A DNA stretch of 64,000 nucleotides, taken from assembly GCA_963695335.1 (NCBI GenBank), contig OY968764.1, positions 1,152,001-1,216,000 on the forward strand, read 5' to 3'. This stretch comes from an uncultured bacterium. GTDB taxonomy: Bacteria > Babelota > Babeliae > Babelales > Vermiphilaceae. The notes below the pieces were generated by a model, which saw nothing but the letters and a program-made list of their open reading frames with translations, was not told the DNA's origin and did no database searches. Every line of letters begins with the position of its first letter. Positions within the stretch are counted from its first letter, which is position 1. Of the stretch, positions 9,663 to 18,625 are shown one piece after another. The position numbers and the translations under genes are program-made.

Positions 9663-10244
9663 ATGTTGAACACAGAACTTTCACTTCCCATGCTTCTCAC
9701 ATGTATCAGATTAATTGGTTCTCCAATTATTTTGCCTTTCTTGCTTGTTTACTTATTACCATGTAATATTTTTTGGCTCAATTGCAGCTTAGCTGCAATT
9801 TTTGTTTTATTTGGTCTTACTGATTTTTTTGATGGTTATCTAGCGCGTAAATACAATCAAGTCACTTCCACAGGCGCTATGCTTGATCATGTTGCTGATA
9901 AGTTTTTACTCTATGCAACACTCATTGCACTTGTTGCCGCACACAAACTTTATTTTTTTTGGGCTATTATGTGGATTGGAAGAGAATTTTTTATCATGAC
10001 ACTGCGTCAAATCGCTCTGGAAAACAATTTTGCAATTACCGTCTCATCGTATGGAAAAGTTAAAACCGTTGCGCAAATGGCATGCTTAGCCTTTATAATC
10101 GCTAATCCATACCACGCACATCTTTTTACTGCTTTATATTGGAATGGAACTGAACTGCTCTTATTAATTATAGGCACTGCCTTATCAATCGGCAGCGCCT
10201 ACAATTATTTCTCTGTTTTTATGGAACAATACAATAATAATTAG
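9663..10244 (+). CDS. pgsA: CDP-diacylglycerol--glycerol-3-phosphate 3-phosphatidyltransferase
   Basis: TDFFDGYLARKYNQVTSTGAMLDHVADK motif. Confidence 0.92.
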   Translation: MLNTELSLPMLLTCIRLIGSPIILPFLLVYLLPCNIFWLNCSLAAIFVLFGLTDFFDGYLARKYNQVTSTGAMLDHVADKFLLYATLIALVAAHKLYFFWAIMWIGREFFIMTLRQIALENNFAITVSSYGKVKTVAQMACLAFIIANPYHAHLFTALYWNGTELLLLIIGTALSIGSAYNYFSVFMEQYNNN

Positions 10245-10245
10245 T

Positions 10246-11208
10246 TCACGATAAATACCAAAAGAACTGTGTGACGCAATCAATTACATCTCGCGGAATT
10301 TTATATAAAAAATGCTCAGATTGCTTTTCATATACATCATGATGCACGCCATACAACTGCACTATTTTATCCGTTACGCCACATGCACGCATCAACAACA
10401 GTTTATACCAATTAAACTCAAAATCTGTTTCTATAACCAATTCTATTCGCTTATATGTATCTTCTTTTTGCTGTTTTAAATATTCAAAAATTGATGCTAC
10501 AGCAACTGATACTGCTTTTCCTTTGGGAAAGGCTACTGGCATATCAACCGTTCCCAACGTAGGCAATGCTATACTTTTTTCATCTTTCGCATCATATAGA
10601 TGAATTTTATTAAGAACAATTTCATAACATTGAGCCAAATCTTTAAATAGTTGTTGCATGCCCTTATCACCAGACATTTGAAATGTTGTGTACAGCTTTC
10701 TTTTGTTATCTACATAATAATAACTATGTATTGCTTTTTTATTTTGATTATCCTTTTTAAAAAAGCTCAACCTACTTTTTATTTTATCAACATGTAAGTT
10801 TCCTGTTTTGCTTTTGCTAACATAATAAAATAACCGATCATCTTTGCCCTTCATAGCATATGGTTCTTGAATAGCAACAACCTGACCTACCACACGCTCA
10901 CTCACAATCTTCTCTGGATCAAAAATCTCATCAGCAGACTTTTTATACGAATAAATAGAATGTCCTCTATAAAAATAATTACCAACCTCTTGTTGATACG
11001 GATTAAATGTTCTTTTGCTTAATACTGTTTGTTGATTTTCCCCCACAATCATAACACTCACGTTCAATATCGGGTAAACATCACACAAATAACCTTTAAT
11101 AAGATTAATTTTGGTACCATGCGCTGTAATGCTCCACTTATTTTCTTTTTCCATTGCATGACTAGATATCATAAAAATAGATGCTAGAATGAATATATTT
11201 TTTGTCAT
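10246..11208 (-). CDS. Secreted macro-domain-like protein, tandem paralog A
   Basis: Leader+AMEKENKWSIT, TKINLIKG, KSIALPTLG, YKRIELV; C-terminal KIPRDVIDCV. Confidence 0.65.
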   Translation of the reverse strand: MTKNIFILASIFMISSHAMEKENKWSITAHGTKINLIKGYLCDVYPILNVSVMIVGENQQTVLSKRTFNPYQQEVGNYFYRGHSIYSYKKSADEIFDPEKIVSERVVGQVVAIQEPYAMKGKDDRLFYYVSKSKTGNLHVDKIKSRLSFFKKDNQNKKAIHSYYYVDNKRKLYTTFQMSGDKGMQQLFKDLAQCYEIVLNKIHLYDAKDEKSIALPTLGTVDMPVAFPKGKAVSVAVASIFEYLKQQKEDTYKRIELVIETDFEFNWYKLLLMRACGVTDKIVQLYGVHHDVYEKQSEHFLYKIPRDVIDCVTQFFWYLS

Positions 11209-11230
11209 AAGTTCTGCAACCTTGGTAATG

Positions 11231-12055
11231 TTATATTAATTTTGCAATATAACTGATCAACTCATACGGCAATAATGCAAAAATATTCTCAGAATCTTTT
11301 TGTGCAAAATAGAGAAGTAACACATTTTCTTTACCTCTCCATTGCATCAACAACTCTTTGTAATGATTAAAATCAGCCATCTCTTCCATAAACAATTCAA
11401 CATTATCATACGCCTTTGAATTATTTTTTATACATTCAAGAACAGCATTTACTGCAATTGAAATAACATCTTCTTTAAACATACGCGCATGCTCATAGTG
11501 AGAATCTGCACCCAACATTGGCAAAGCTATATTCTTAATCTCTTTTTCTTTTAATAATTCTATGCCTTTATTCAATACAGTGTTATAACAACGCAATAAA
11601 TCCTTACGACTCTCTTGAATCGCTAACTCTTTTGTATAACATTCACTATCTGCATACCAATATTGTGCAGCCCCACTAGAAAGGTTAAAAACTCGAGGCT
11701 CTGTAACAACTAAAAATTTTATATCTTCTCGAATTGGGAAATACCAATCATGTAATAGAAGTTTTTGATAATGAATACTATCTTTTTTTGGCCTAAACGT
11801 AACTGTTTGCTGCTCACAACAATATCCTAGCAGATTGCTTGCCATCGGAACCACACCAAGCTCTTCTTGTTTATATTGCCCCACGCAAATAACAACATCT
11901 TCTTTTTTTCTATCATCAGCATAATATTCCAATATATCCGCTTGATGCAGATTAATTTTGGTACCATATGCTGTAATACTCCACTTATTTTCTTTTTCCA
12001 TCGCATGCACAAATACAGTAAAAATGAATGCAACGATAAATATCTTTTTTTTCAT
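11231..12055 (-). CDS. Secreted macro-domain-like protein, tandem paralog B
   Basis: TKINLHQADI, LLRCYNTVL, KNIALPMLGAD; C-terminal LLPYELISYIAKLI. Confidence 0.7.
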   Translation of the reverse strand: MKKKIFIVAFIFTVFVHAMEKENKWSITAYGTKINLHQADILEYYADDRKKEDVVICVGQYKQEELGVVPMASNLLGYCCEQQTVTFRPKKDSIHYQKLLLHDWYFPIREDIKFLVVTEPRVFNLSSGAAQYWYADSECYTKELAIQESRKDLLRCYNTVLNKGIELLKEKEIKNIALPMLGADSHYEHARMFKEDVISIAVNAVLECIKNNSKAYDNVELFMEEMADFNHYKELLMQWRGKENVLLLYFAQKDSENIFALLPYELISYIAKLI

Positions 12056-13030
12056 AAAAACTCTGCAACCTTGGTAATGTTATATTAAATTTGCTATATA
12101 ACTGATCAACTCACACGGCAATGACGAAAGTAAATGTTCAGAATCTTTGTGCGCAAAATAAAAAAGTAACACATTTTTTTCTGTATTTATCCATTGTATC
12201 AACAACTTTTTATACAAATTAAAATCTGCATCTTCTTCCATGAACAACTGAATTGTATCATAAAAATTTGGTTTATTTTTTATATATGTAAGAATGGCAT
12301 CTACAGCAATTGGAACTGCTTTGTCTTCTGGAATCCCCCAAAGATCATACTCAGAATCCGCGCCTAACATTGGCAAAGCTATATTTTTACTCTTTTTTTC
12401 TTTCAACAATATTGTGGCGTGATCCAAAGCAGCATTATAACAAAATAATAAATCGTCACAGCTTTTGCGTATTGTCAATTTACCTATATGGAAGTTTTTA
12501 TCAAAACCCAAACTTTCAACACTTCTAAAGAAAGAAAATGTACATAGATGCGGCTCTGTAACACATAAAAAACAGATACCTTCTCGAGGGTGCAGTTGCC
12601 AACCTTCTGAATAAGCTCTTTGATAATTAAGGCTACCTTTTTTTGGTGTAAATCGAACTGTCCTCTGCACATAACAATCTCCTACTGAATTACTTTTACA
12701 TGGAATCGCGCCAAGCTCTTCTTGTTTATATTTCCCCACGCAAACAACAACATCTTCTTTTTTTCTATCATCAGCATAATATTCCAATATATCCGCTTGA
12801 TGCAGATTAATTTTGGTACCATATGCTGTAATACTCCACTTATTTTCTTTTTCCATCGCATGCACAAATACAGTAAAAATGAATGCAACGATAAATATCT
12901 TTTTTTTCATAAAAACTCTGCAAACCTTGGTAATGTTATATTAAATTTGCTATATAACTGATCAACTCACACGGCAATGACGAAAGTAAATGTTCAGAAT
13001 CTTTTTGCGCAAAATAAAGAAGCAACACAT
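11857..13030 (+). repeat. Near-identical ~310-bp direct repeat spanning gene junctions (11857-12170 and 12712-13030)
   Basis: Read-through comparison: identical N-terminal coding region, intergenic spacer and neighbouring C-terminal coding region. Confidence 0.85.
12080..12910 (-). CDS. Secreted macro-domain-like protein, tandem paralog C
   Basis: N-terminus almost identical to paralog B for ~65 aa; KNIALPMLGAD; LSSLPCELISYIANLI. Confidence 0.7.
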   Translation of the reverse strand: MKKKIFIVAFIFTVFVHAMEKENKWSITAYGTKINLHQADILEYYADDRKKEDVVVCVGKYKQEELGAIPCKSNSVGDCYVQRTVRFTPKKGSLNYQRAYSEGWQLHPREGICFLCVTEPHLCTFSFFRSVESLGFDKNFHIGKLTIRKSCDDLLFCYNAALDHATILLKEKKSKNIALPMLGADSEYDLWGIPEDKAVPIAVDAILTYIKNKPNFYDTIQLFMEEDADFNLYKKLLIQWINTEKNVLLFYFAHKDSEHLLSSLPCELISYIANLI

Positions 13031-13790
13031 TTTCTTTACCCCTCCATTGCATCAACAACTCTTTGTACAAATCAAATCCACAATTTTGTTCTACAAATAA
13101 CTCTATACAATTATACGCTCCTATATTGTTTTTTATAAATTCAAGAATGGATGCTGCCGCAATAGGTGCTGCTTTTTCTCGTGGAAAACCAACCTGATCA
13201 TGTGATACTAAATTAAGATCAGCACTTAATGCTAACAATCCTATACTTTTTTCCTCTTTATTTCCTAATCTTTCCAGTCCCTCTTTTAAAACAATTTCAT
13301 AACAGAAACTCAAATCTTTAGATGCCTCCTGAAGTGCCATATCTGCATAAAATTCCACTCTCTGAATACAATCTTCCTCAACCAATTTTCCTTTTTTTTC
13401 ATAACAATATCTTATTGTCTCGTCACTATATTGACCATTTATATATACAGAACAATGAGCAACCCATGGTTCTGCTATACTAAAAACATTACTCACAGTA
13501 CTGCTTAAGCTAAATAATTGTAATCCATCATCATCACGTGGCATGGGTGCTAAAAGTATATCATCCTCTCCCTTATCGTTTCGTCTCGATATGCTACAAA
13601 TGTTACGTGATCCTGCACTCTTATTATATCCCACAACCATTACATCAACATTCACTTGTCTTTTATCATATGAATCTTTCGTGAGATTAATTTTTGTACC
13701 ATATACTGTAATACTCCATTGATTTTCTTTTTCCATTGCATGCATCTGCATTGCAAAACATATCATCAACATCACAATGTTCTTTTTCAT
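12936..13790 (-). CDS. Secreted macro-domain-like protein, tandem paralog D
   Basis: Start MKKNIVML after aaggat RBS; KSIGLLALSAD, FPREKAAPIA, YNCIELFVE. Confidence 0.7.
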   Translation of the reverse strand: MKKNIVMLMICFAMQMHAMEKENQWSITVYGTKINLTKDSYDKRQVNVDVMVVGYNKSAGSRNICSISRRNDKGEDDILLAPMPRDDDGLQLFSLSSTVSNVFSIAEPWVAHCSVYINGQYSDETIRYCYEKKGKLVEEDCIQRVEFYADMALQEASKDLSFCYEIVLKEGLERLGNKEEKSIGLLALSADLNLVSHDQVGFPREKAAPIAAASILEFIKNNIGAYNCIELFVEQNCGFDLYKELLMQWRGKENVLLLYFAQKDSEHLLSSLPCELISYIANLI

Positions 13791-13880
13791 CGCAAATCCT
13801 TTATATAAAAAAAGTGAGTTGCATGCCTTTTGAATACAAGGCACACAACCCACATAGTATACTGGAATAACAATTATTTT

Positions 13881-14558
13881 TCAGCAGCACTTTTTTTCTA
13901 AAAGTTCTTTGTATAATGCAAATTCAGACTGTTTTTCTACAAATAACTCTATACGATCATACGCATTCGGACTGTTTTTAATAAACTCCAAAATAGTAGT
14001 TATTGTACGTTGTGCAGCTTTACTCTCCAAATTATTACTGTCTGGAAAATGCGATTTATAAGACCCAACAGTTAAAGCTGGTAATGCTATGCTTCTTGCC
14101 ACCTTTTCATTTTTTTCTAGTATCGCTTTTGTAAAAACATCTGTATAACACAAATTTAAGTCTTTTAATGCTTCTCCAACCACTTCATCAACAGAATGAG
14201 AACCATCTCTGTTAAAAAGCTTTGCGTGATACAACTTATATCCAGGTGTATATCTTTCATAAAATACATCAAGACTAGTGCTTACACTAACGTAAGGCGC
14301 TTTAACTTCTACCAGTTTGTCTTTATTGATAAGCAAAAAACGATTACGTGCCAACTGATTAGGATCTGTTTCTTTTGGTTTTTCATATTTTTTCACAACG
14401 ATAACATCTGCCTTTTTGCCATCATTACTATCGAGTATATTCCCTTGATACAAATTAATTTTTGTATTACCAACGGTTATGCTCCAATTCTTTTCATTCT
14501 CCATGCCTTGTATACACGCTGCAGATAACATTATCGCAACCACCACCAATTTCTTCAT
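13881..14558 (-). CDS. Secreted macro-domain-like protein, tandem paralog E
   Basis: TKINLYQGNILD..ADVIV, RSIALPALTVG, YDRIELFVE; the most canonical macro signature of the five. Confidence 0.72.
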   Translation of the reverse strand: MKKLVVVAIMLSAACIQGMENEKNWSITVGNTKINLYQGNILDSNDGKKADVIVVKKYEKPKETDPNQLARNRFLLINKDKLVEVKAPYVSVSTSLDVFYERYTPGYKLYHAKLFNRDGSHSVDEVVGEALKDLNLCYTDVFTKAILEKNEKVARSIALPALTVGSYKSHFPDSNNLESKAAQRTITTILEFIKNSPNAYDRIELFVEKQSEFALYKELLEKKCC

Positions 14559-14589
14559 CCATCATCCTTTGAGGTTAAAGTGAAAAACA

Positions 14590-15140
14590 GGGGGCTTAAA
14601 AGCCCCCGCTTCGCTTTTTAAGATATATTCTACTGATTTCGGATGTATTCTCGTATGCGATCTTCGTTTACCTGACCACTTGTTTCTGCAAAATACCCAT
14701 CTGACCAAAAACTTTTACCCCACAAAAACTCTTTTAATTCTGGAAATTCTTCGCGCACAACTTTACTGGTCATTCCTTTAAACAATTGTACCATCCTGCT
14801 CACGCTTACATCTGGATTCATTTGAACTAACATATGAACATGATCTAATTGAATGTTTAGCTCTTCTATTTTCCATCTTTGCAAATCTGCGCATTCATAC
14901 AATAGATCTTTTATTCTTTCTGCTATCTCTCCTTTTAATACTCTCTTTCTATATTTTGGAATCCATACTAAATGATACATAAGTCTGTGCTTTGTTTGAG
15001 ATCCACACCAATATTTACCCATGTTTTTTAGTATGCCTAAAGAGCCGGCTCTTCGCAATTACTATAACTGCATTGCTCCATCGCCTCCATTTTGACTCGC
15101 ATTCATCCCTGGCTTTGAAAAGCCAGGGTTTTCTGCTCAA
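14590..15140. mobile_element. IS200/IS605-family element carrying tnpA only, with terminal hairpins
   Basis: Hairpins ggggctt-aa-aagcccc (~14591-14606) and ccctggcttt-ga-aaagccaggg (~15107-15128) flank tnpA. Confidence 0.7.
14630..15058 (-). CDS. tnpA: IS200/IS605 Y1 HUH transposase TnpA (start probably ATG near 15022)
   Basis: YHLVWIPKYR, DHVHML (HUH), FWSDGYF, YIRNQ. Confidence 0.95.
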   Translation of the reverse strand: MRRAGSLGILKNMGKYWCGSQTKHRLMYHLVWIPKYRKRVLKGEIAERIKDLLYECADLQRWKIEELNIQLDHVHMLVQMNPDVSVSRMVQLFKGMTSKVVREEFPELKEFLWGKSFWSDGYFAETSGQVNEDRIREYIRNQ

Positions 15141-15289
15141 TTAAATAAACAATATACGCACTTTTTATACAATACATTGTAAGTATTGGCAAGCAATCTT
15201 TCGAATTTATATAAAAAAATGATACTCTTTAAAAAAGAACAATCGTATTCGTTTTCAATAATCAAAAAATTAATCTTTTTGAGGATATA

Positions 15290-15598
15290 ATGACTTTAAC
15301 ACATGATGGAATTGATGAAACTATAAAACAAAAAATTATAGCTATAATTTCAGCACTTGTGCCTGATGCAACAATTTATTTATTTGGATCACGCTCACGT
15401 GGCACTCAATCAAAATGGTCGGATATCGATATAGCACTTGATTCCGGACATCCTATCTCACGATTTGTTCTTGGTGAACTTATGAGCGTTTTTGAAGCAA
15501 CTGACATATTGTACAAAATCCAAGTTGTTGATATTAATTCTGTTAATGAAGCAATGAAAACATCAATTTTAAGAGATCGCGTATTATGGAAAAAATAA
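15290..15598 (+). CDS. Minimal nucleotidyltransferase (MNT) antitoxin
   Basis: IYLFGSRSRG...SDIDIA motif. Confidence 0.9.
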   Translation: MTLTHDGIDETIKQKIIAIISALVPDATIYLFGSRSRGTQSKWSDIDIALDSGHPISRFVLGELMSVFEATDILYKIQVVDINSVNEAMKTSILRDRVLWKK

Positions 15599-16002
15599 GA
15601 GATCGTTACGACATTACCATACAAACATTATCAACATTAAAAGAAGTCTTAGATGAATATGATGCAGGCTTTCCAGAAAAATACATACTTATCTTTCATG
15701 ATTCAATAATTCAACGATTTGAATACTCAATAGATACTTTTTGGAAATTTTTAAAACTCTATCTTCAAGAACAGCTCAAAATAGCTCTGGAATCAAATGC
15801 TCCACGTGCAATCATCAGAGAAGCGGCTAATGCCAACCTTATATCAGAAGAAGAAGCCTCTATTTTACTGAAGTGTATTACAAGCCGTAATGAAACATCT
15901 CATACTTATAATGAATTTTTAGCAGAACAAGTAGTTAAGAGTGTCCCTGAATATTATAAAATTATGCACAAAATTATGAAAAACATACCCATCTCACAAT
16001 AA
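15586..16002 (+). CDS. HEPN / HI0074-like toxin partner
   Basis: IIQRFEYS, RNETSHTY (RX4HXY); overlaps the MNT gene. Confidence 0.88.
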   Translation: MEKIRDRYDITIQTLSTLKEVLDEYDAGFPEKYILIFHDSIIQRFEYSIDTFWKFLKLYLQEQLKIALESNAPRAIIREAANANLISEEEASILLKCITSRNETSHTYNEFLAEQVVKSVPEYYKIMHKIMKNIPISQ

Positions 16003-16016
16003 ATAAAGAGTATACC

Positions 16017-16598
16017 ATGGATTTTTTCACCCTCATTATTGCGTTACTCGCATATCTTATTGGCGCAATCCCAACTGGTTACCTCATTGCAAAACTGAAC
16101 GGCATTGCTGATATTCGCGCGCATGGATCTGGCAATATTGGTGCAACCAATGTTGCACGCTTTTTAGGCAAACATTATTTTTTTATTATTTTTTTTATTG
16201 ATGCAGGAAAAGCATTTTTATGCATGTATTTTTTGCAACCGTACTTTGATTACAATTATCTCTGCCTCTTTGCAGGCATACTTCTTTTTGGCAACGGATA
16301 TTCCATTTTTTTACATGGCAGCGGAGGCAAAGGAGTTGCAACATTGTGCGGATTACTTGCAAATTTATGCCCAGCAGCATGTTTACCACTGTTTGTCGTA
16401 TGGCTTTTAACAGTTTTTATCACAAAAACAGTTGGAATTGCTTCTGTAGCCGCAACTGCATGCTTACCAATATATGCATATACCACGCATAATCATCCGT
16501 TCTTTTTATTTTCACTGTTTGCTGCCACAATTATTATTTGGAAACACAAAATTAATATTACAAACTATTTTAATGAGAATAAACCGCGCTCGTCCTGA
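16017..16598 (+). CDS. plsY: Glycerol-3-phosphate acyltransferase PlsY
   Basis: DIRAHGSGNIGATNVAR, GGKGVAT, HKINI. Confidence 0.93.
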   Translation: MDFFTLIIALLAYLIGAIPTGYLIAKLNGIADIRAHGSGNIGATNVARFLGKHYFFIIFFIDAGKAFLCMYFLQPYFDYNYLCLFAGILLFGNGYSIFLHGSGGKGVATLCGLLANLCPAACLPLFVVWLLTVFITKTVGIASVAATACLPIYAYTTHNHPFFLFSLFAATIIIWKHKINITNYFNENKPRSS

Positions 16599-16722
16599 AC
16601 TTGTTGAAGGATATCTTCGAGCGCTCTAAAATATTCTTTTTCCCCAGTTTTCGTTTCACTCTAAACCGGGGTCCCCGTCTGAAGGAACTGAAGATGGGGT
16701 TAAACAGGCTCAGAACGAGCGC
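16586..16722. repeat. Inverted pair of family-A repeats with a family-C repeat inserted
   Basis: gcgctcgtcctgaacttgttgaagg...ccggggtcccc...acaggctcagaacgagcgc. Confidence 0.85.
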
Positions 16723-16840
16723 GGGAGAAAATATATTGCTTAGTAAGAAACGTTACATTTTATCCTTTGTATTTAGCACACTTATCATTGCAACATGTAT
16801 AATACTCACAAAAAATTATTTATCTCTGAGGAAAAATACC

Positions 16841-18574
16841 ATGAAATTTATTGAAGTCGCGCAAAGTTTTAATGAGATCGAACCAATTGCAGCACGATTA
16901 GAAATCACACGCTTACTTGCTGAACTATTCAAAAAAGCATCCCCGCATGAAGCGGAAATTATTGCATCCCTTTCACTCGGACAACTGCATCCGCCACACA
17001 TTGGCACGCAATTTAATATTGCAGAAAAAAACTTACTCAAAGCAATTGCAGGATTTTTGCATATTCCAGAAGAAACTTTAAAAAAAGAAATGAAACTGGT
17101 TGGTGATATCGGCCTTGTGCTTAGCAAGCATACATGGCAGCACGATGCAGATCTTTCTGTTGAGGCTGTGTATCAGGCACTCTGTACGCTGGAAGAAATC
17201 AGTGGAACCGGGTCACAAGAAGAAAAAACAAATGTTCTTATTAATCTTTTACAACACCTCGATCCCCTTTCTGCTAAATTTGTTACGCGCATTATCATTG
17301 GCAAATTGCGCCTTGGTTTTTCTGATATGACTATTATTGATGCACTTTCTTGGATGGAACGTGGCGATAAATCATTACGTCAGGAACTTGAAAATGCATA
17401 TAATATGTGCGCTGATATTGGTTTAATCGCTAAAGCACTCAAAGAAGGTGGTGTTAACGCAATCACGCACATGAGTATTCAACTTGGTATACCAATCATT
17501 CCTGCTGCAGCGGAACGGCTGCCCACTGCACAAGCAATATTTGATAAATTAGGCCCCTGCATTGCGGAACCAAAACTCGATGGTTTTAGATTGCAAATAC
17601 ATTTTAATGCATCAACCAAGGAAATCCATTTCTTCTCACGCAACTTACAAGATATGTCAGCAATGTTTCCTGATCTGACCAAAGAAATACTCAAACTCAA
17701 TGTTCAAAATATCATCTGTGAAGGTGAAGCAATTGGCTATGATCCAGATACCGGCAACTTCCGGCCTTTCCAAGAAACAGTAAAACGTAAACGTAAACAT
17801 GGCGTAGAAGAAGCTGCAACTGAATTCCCACTACAACTCTTTTTGTTTGATCTGTTATATCTCAATAATAAAAGTTATTTGGATGTACCCTATAATCAAC
17901 GTCATCAAACATTACAAGATATCGTACAAGACGTACAATCACACCATCTTTTTGTTATTGAACATAAACAAATAGAAAGCGGAAATGCATTAGAACATTA
18001 TTTTTATTCAGAAGTAGCACACGGCCTTGAGGGGCTTGTTGTAAAACGTCCTGATGCAATCTATCAACCAGGTAAACGTAACTTCAATTGGATTAAACTA
18101 AAACGCCAAGAAGAAGGCCATCTGGAAGATACCATTGATTGTGTTGTGCTGGGTTATTACGCTGGAGAAGGTAAACGCGCTCATTTTGGCATCGGTGCAT
18201 TTTTGGTTGGCGTATACAATAAAACAGCTGATATGTTCCAAACCGTTGCAAAAATTGGTACTGGTATGACTGACGATGAATGGCGTGAACTTAAGAAAAA
18301 ATGTGATGCAATTGCAACAGAAGATAAACCAAAAAATGTTGAATGCGCTAAAGAATTAACGCCTGATGTGTGGGTAAATCCTACCATTGTTTGTAGAGTT
18401 CGCGCTGATGAAATTACTCTGTCGCCATTACACACTGCTGGCAAAACTGCAAACACACTTGGGTATGCATTGCGCTTTCCGCGATTTATGGATTATAGAA
18501 CTGATAAAAGTGCGGAAGAAGCTTCAACGGATTATGAAATTAAGCGATTGTACGAAGATCAATTTGTAAAATAA
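16841..18574 (+). CDS. ATP-dependent DNA ligase, full length with N-terminal DNA-binding domain
   Basis: EPKLDGFR (motif I), EGLVVK, WIKLK, ALRFPRF; start at MKFIEVAQ after gagga RBS. Confidence 0.93.
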   Translation: MKFIEVAQSFNEIEPIAARLEITRLLAELFKKASPHEAEIIASLSLGQLHPPHIGTQFNIAEKNLLKAIAGFLHIPEETLKKEMKLVGDIGLVLSKHTWQHDADLSVEAVYQALCTLEEISGTGSQEEKTNVLINLLQHLDPLSAKFVTRIIIGKLRLGFSDMTIIDALSWMERGDKSLRQELENAYNMCADIGLIAKALKEGGVNAITHMSIQLGIPIIPAAAERLPTAQAIFDKLGPCIAEPKLDGFRLQIHFNASTKEIHFFSRNLQDMSAMFPDLTKEILKLNVQNIICEGEAIGYDPDTGNFRPFQETVKRKRKHGVEEAATEFPLQLFLFDLLYLNNKSYLDVPYNQRHQTLQDIVQDVQSHHLFVIEHKQIESGNALEHYFYSEVAHGLEGLVVKRPDAIYQPGKRNFNWIKLKRQEEGHLEDTIDCVVLGYYAGEGKRAHFGIGAFLVGVYNKTADMFQTVAKIGTGMTDDEWRELKKKCDAIATEDKPKNVECAKELTPDVWVNPTIVCRVRADEITLSPLHTAGKTANTLGYALRFPRFMDYRTDKSAEEASTDYEIKRLYEDQFVK

Positions 18575-18577
18575 AAA

Positions 18578-18605
18578 CACCCCGCCTTGCAGCGGGGTTA
18601 TTTTT
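18578..18605. terminator. Putative intrinsic terminator between convergent genes
   Basis: cccgc-cttgca-gcggg followed by a T-rich tract. Confidence 0.5.
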
Positions 18606-18625
18606 AAATCTAAAACAAAATCGTA

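Noticed and set aside
11209..12935. Integron cassette array for the macro-like genes
   Set aside because: Spacers are only ~22-25 bp with no attC-like RYYYAAC..GTTRRRY palindrome and no integrase; tandem duplication suffices.
13881..13895. Terminal KKCC (also QKCC in the carbonic anhydrase) as Rab-type prenylation signals
   Set aside because: CC prenylation needs a Rab fold bound by Rab escort protein; the motif is too short to support alone.
16601..16840. 80-aa N-terminal extension of the ligase in the ORF track
   Set aside because: Starts at a TTG inside a repeat; an RBS and family-typical start lie at 16841.
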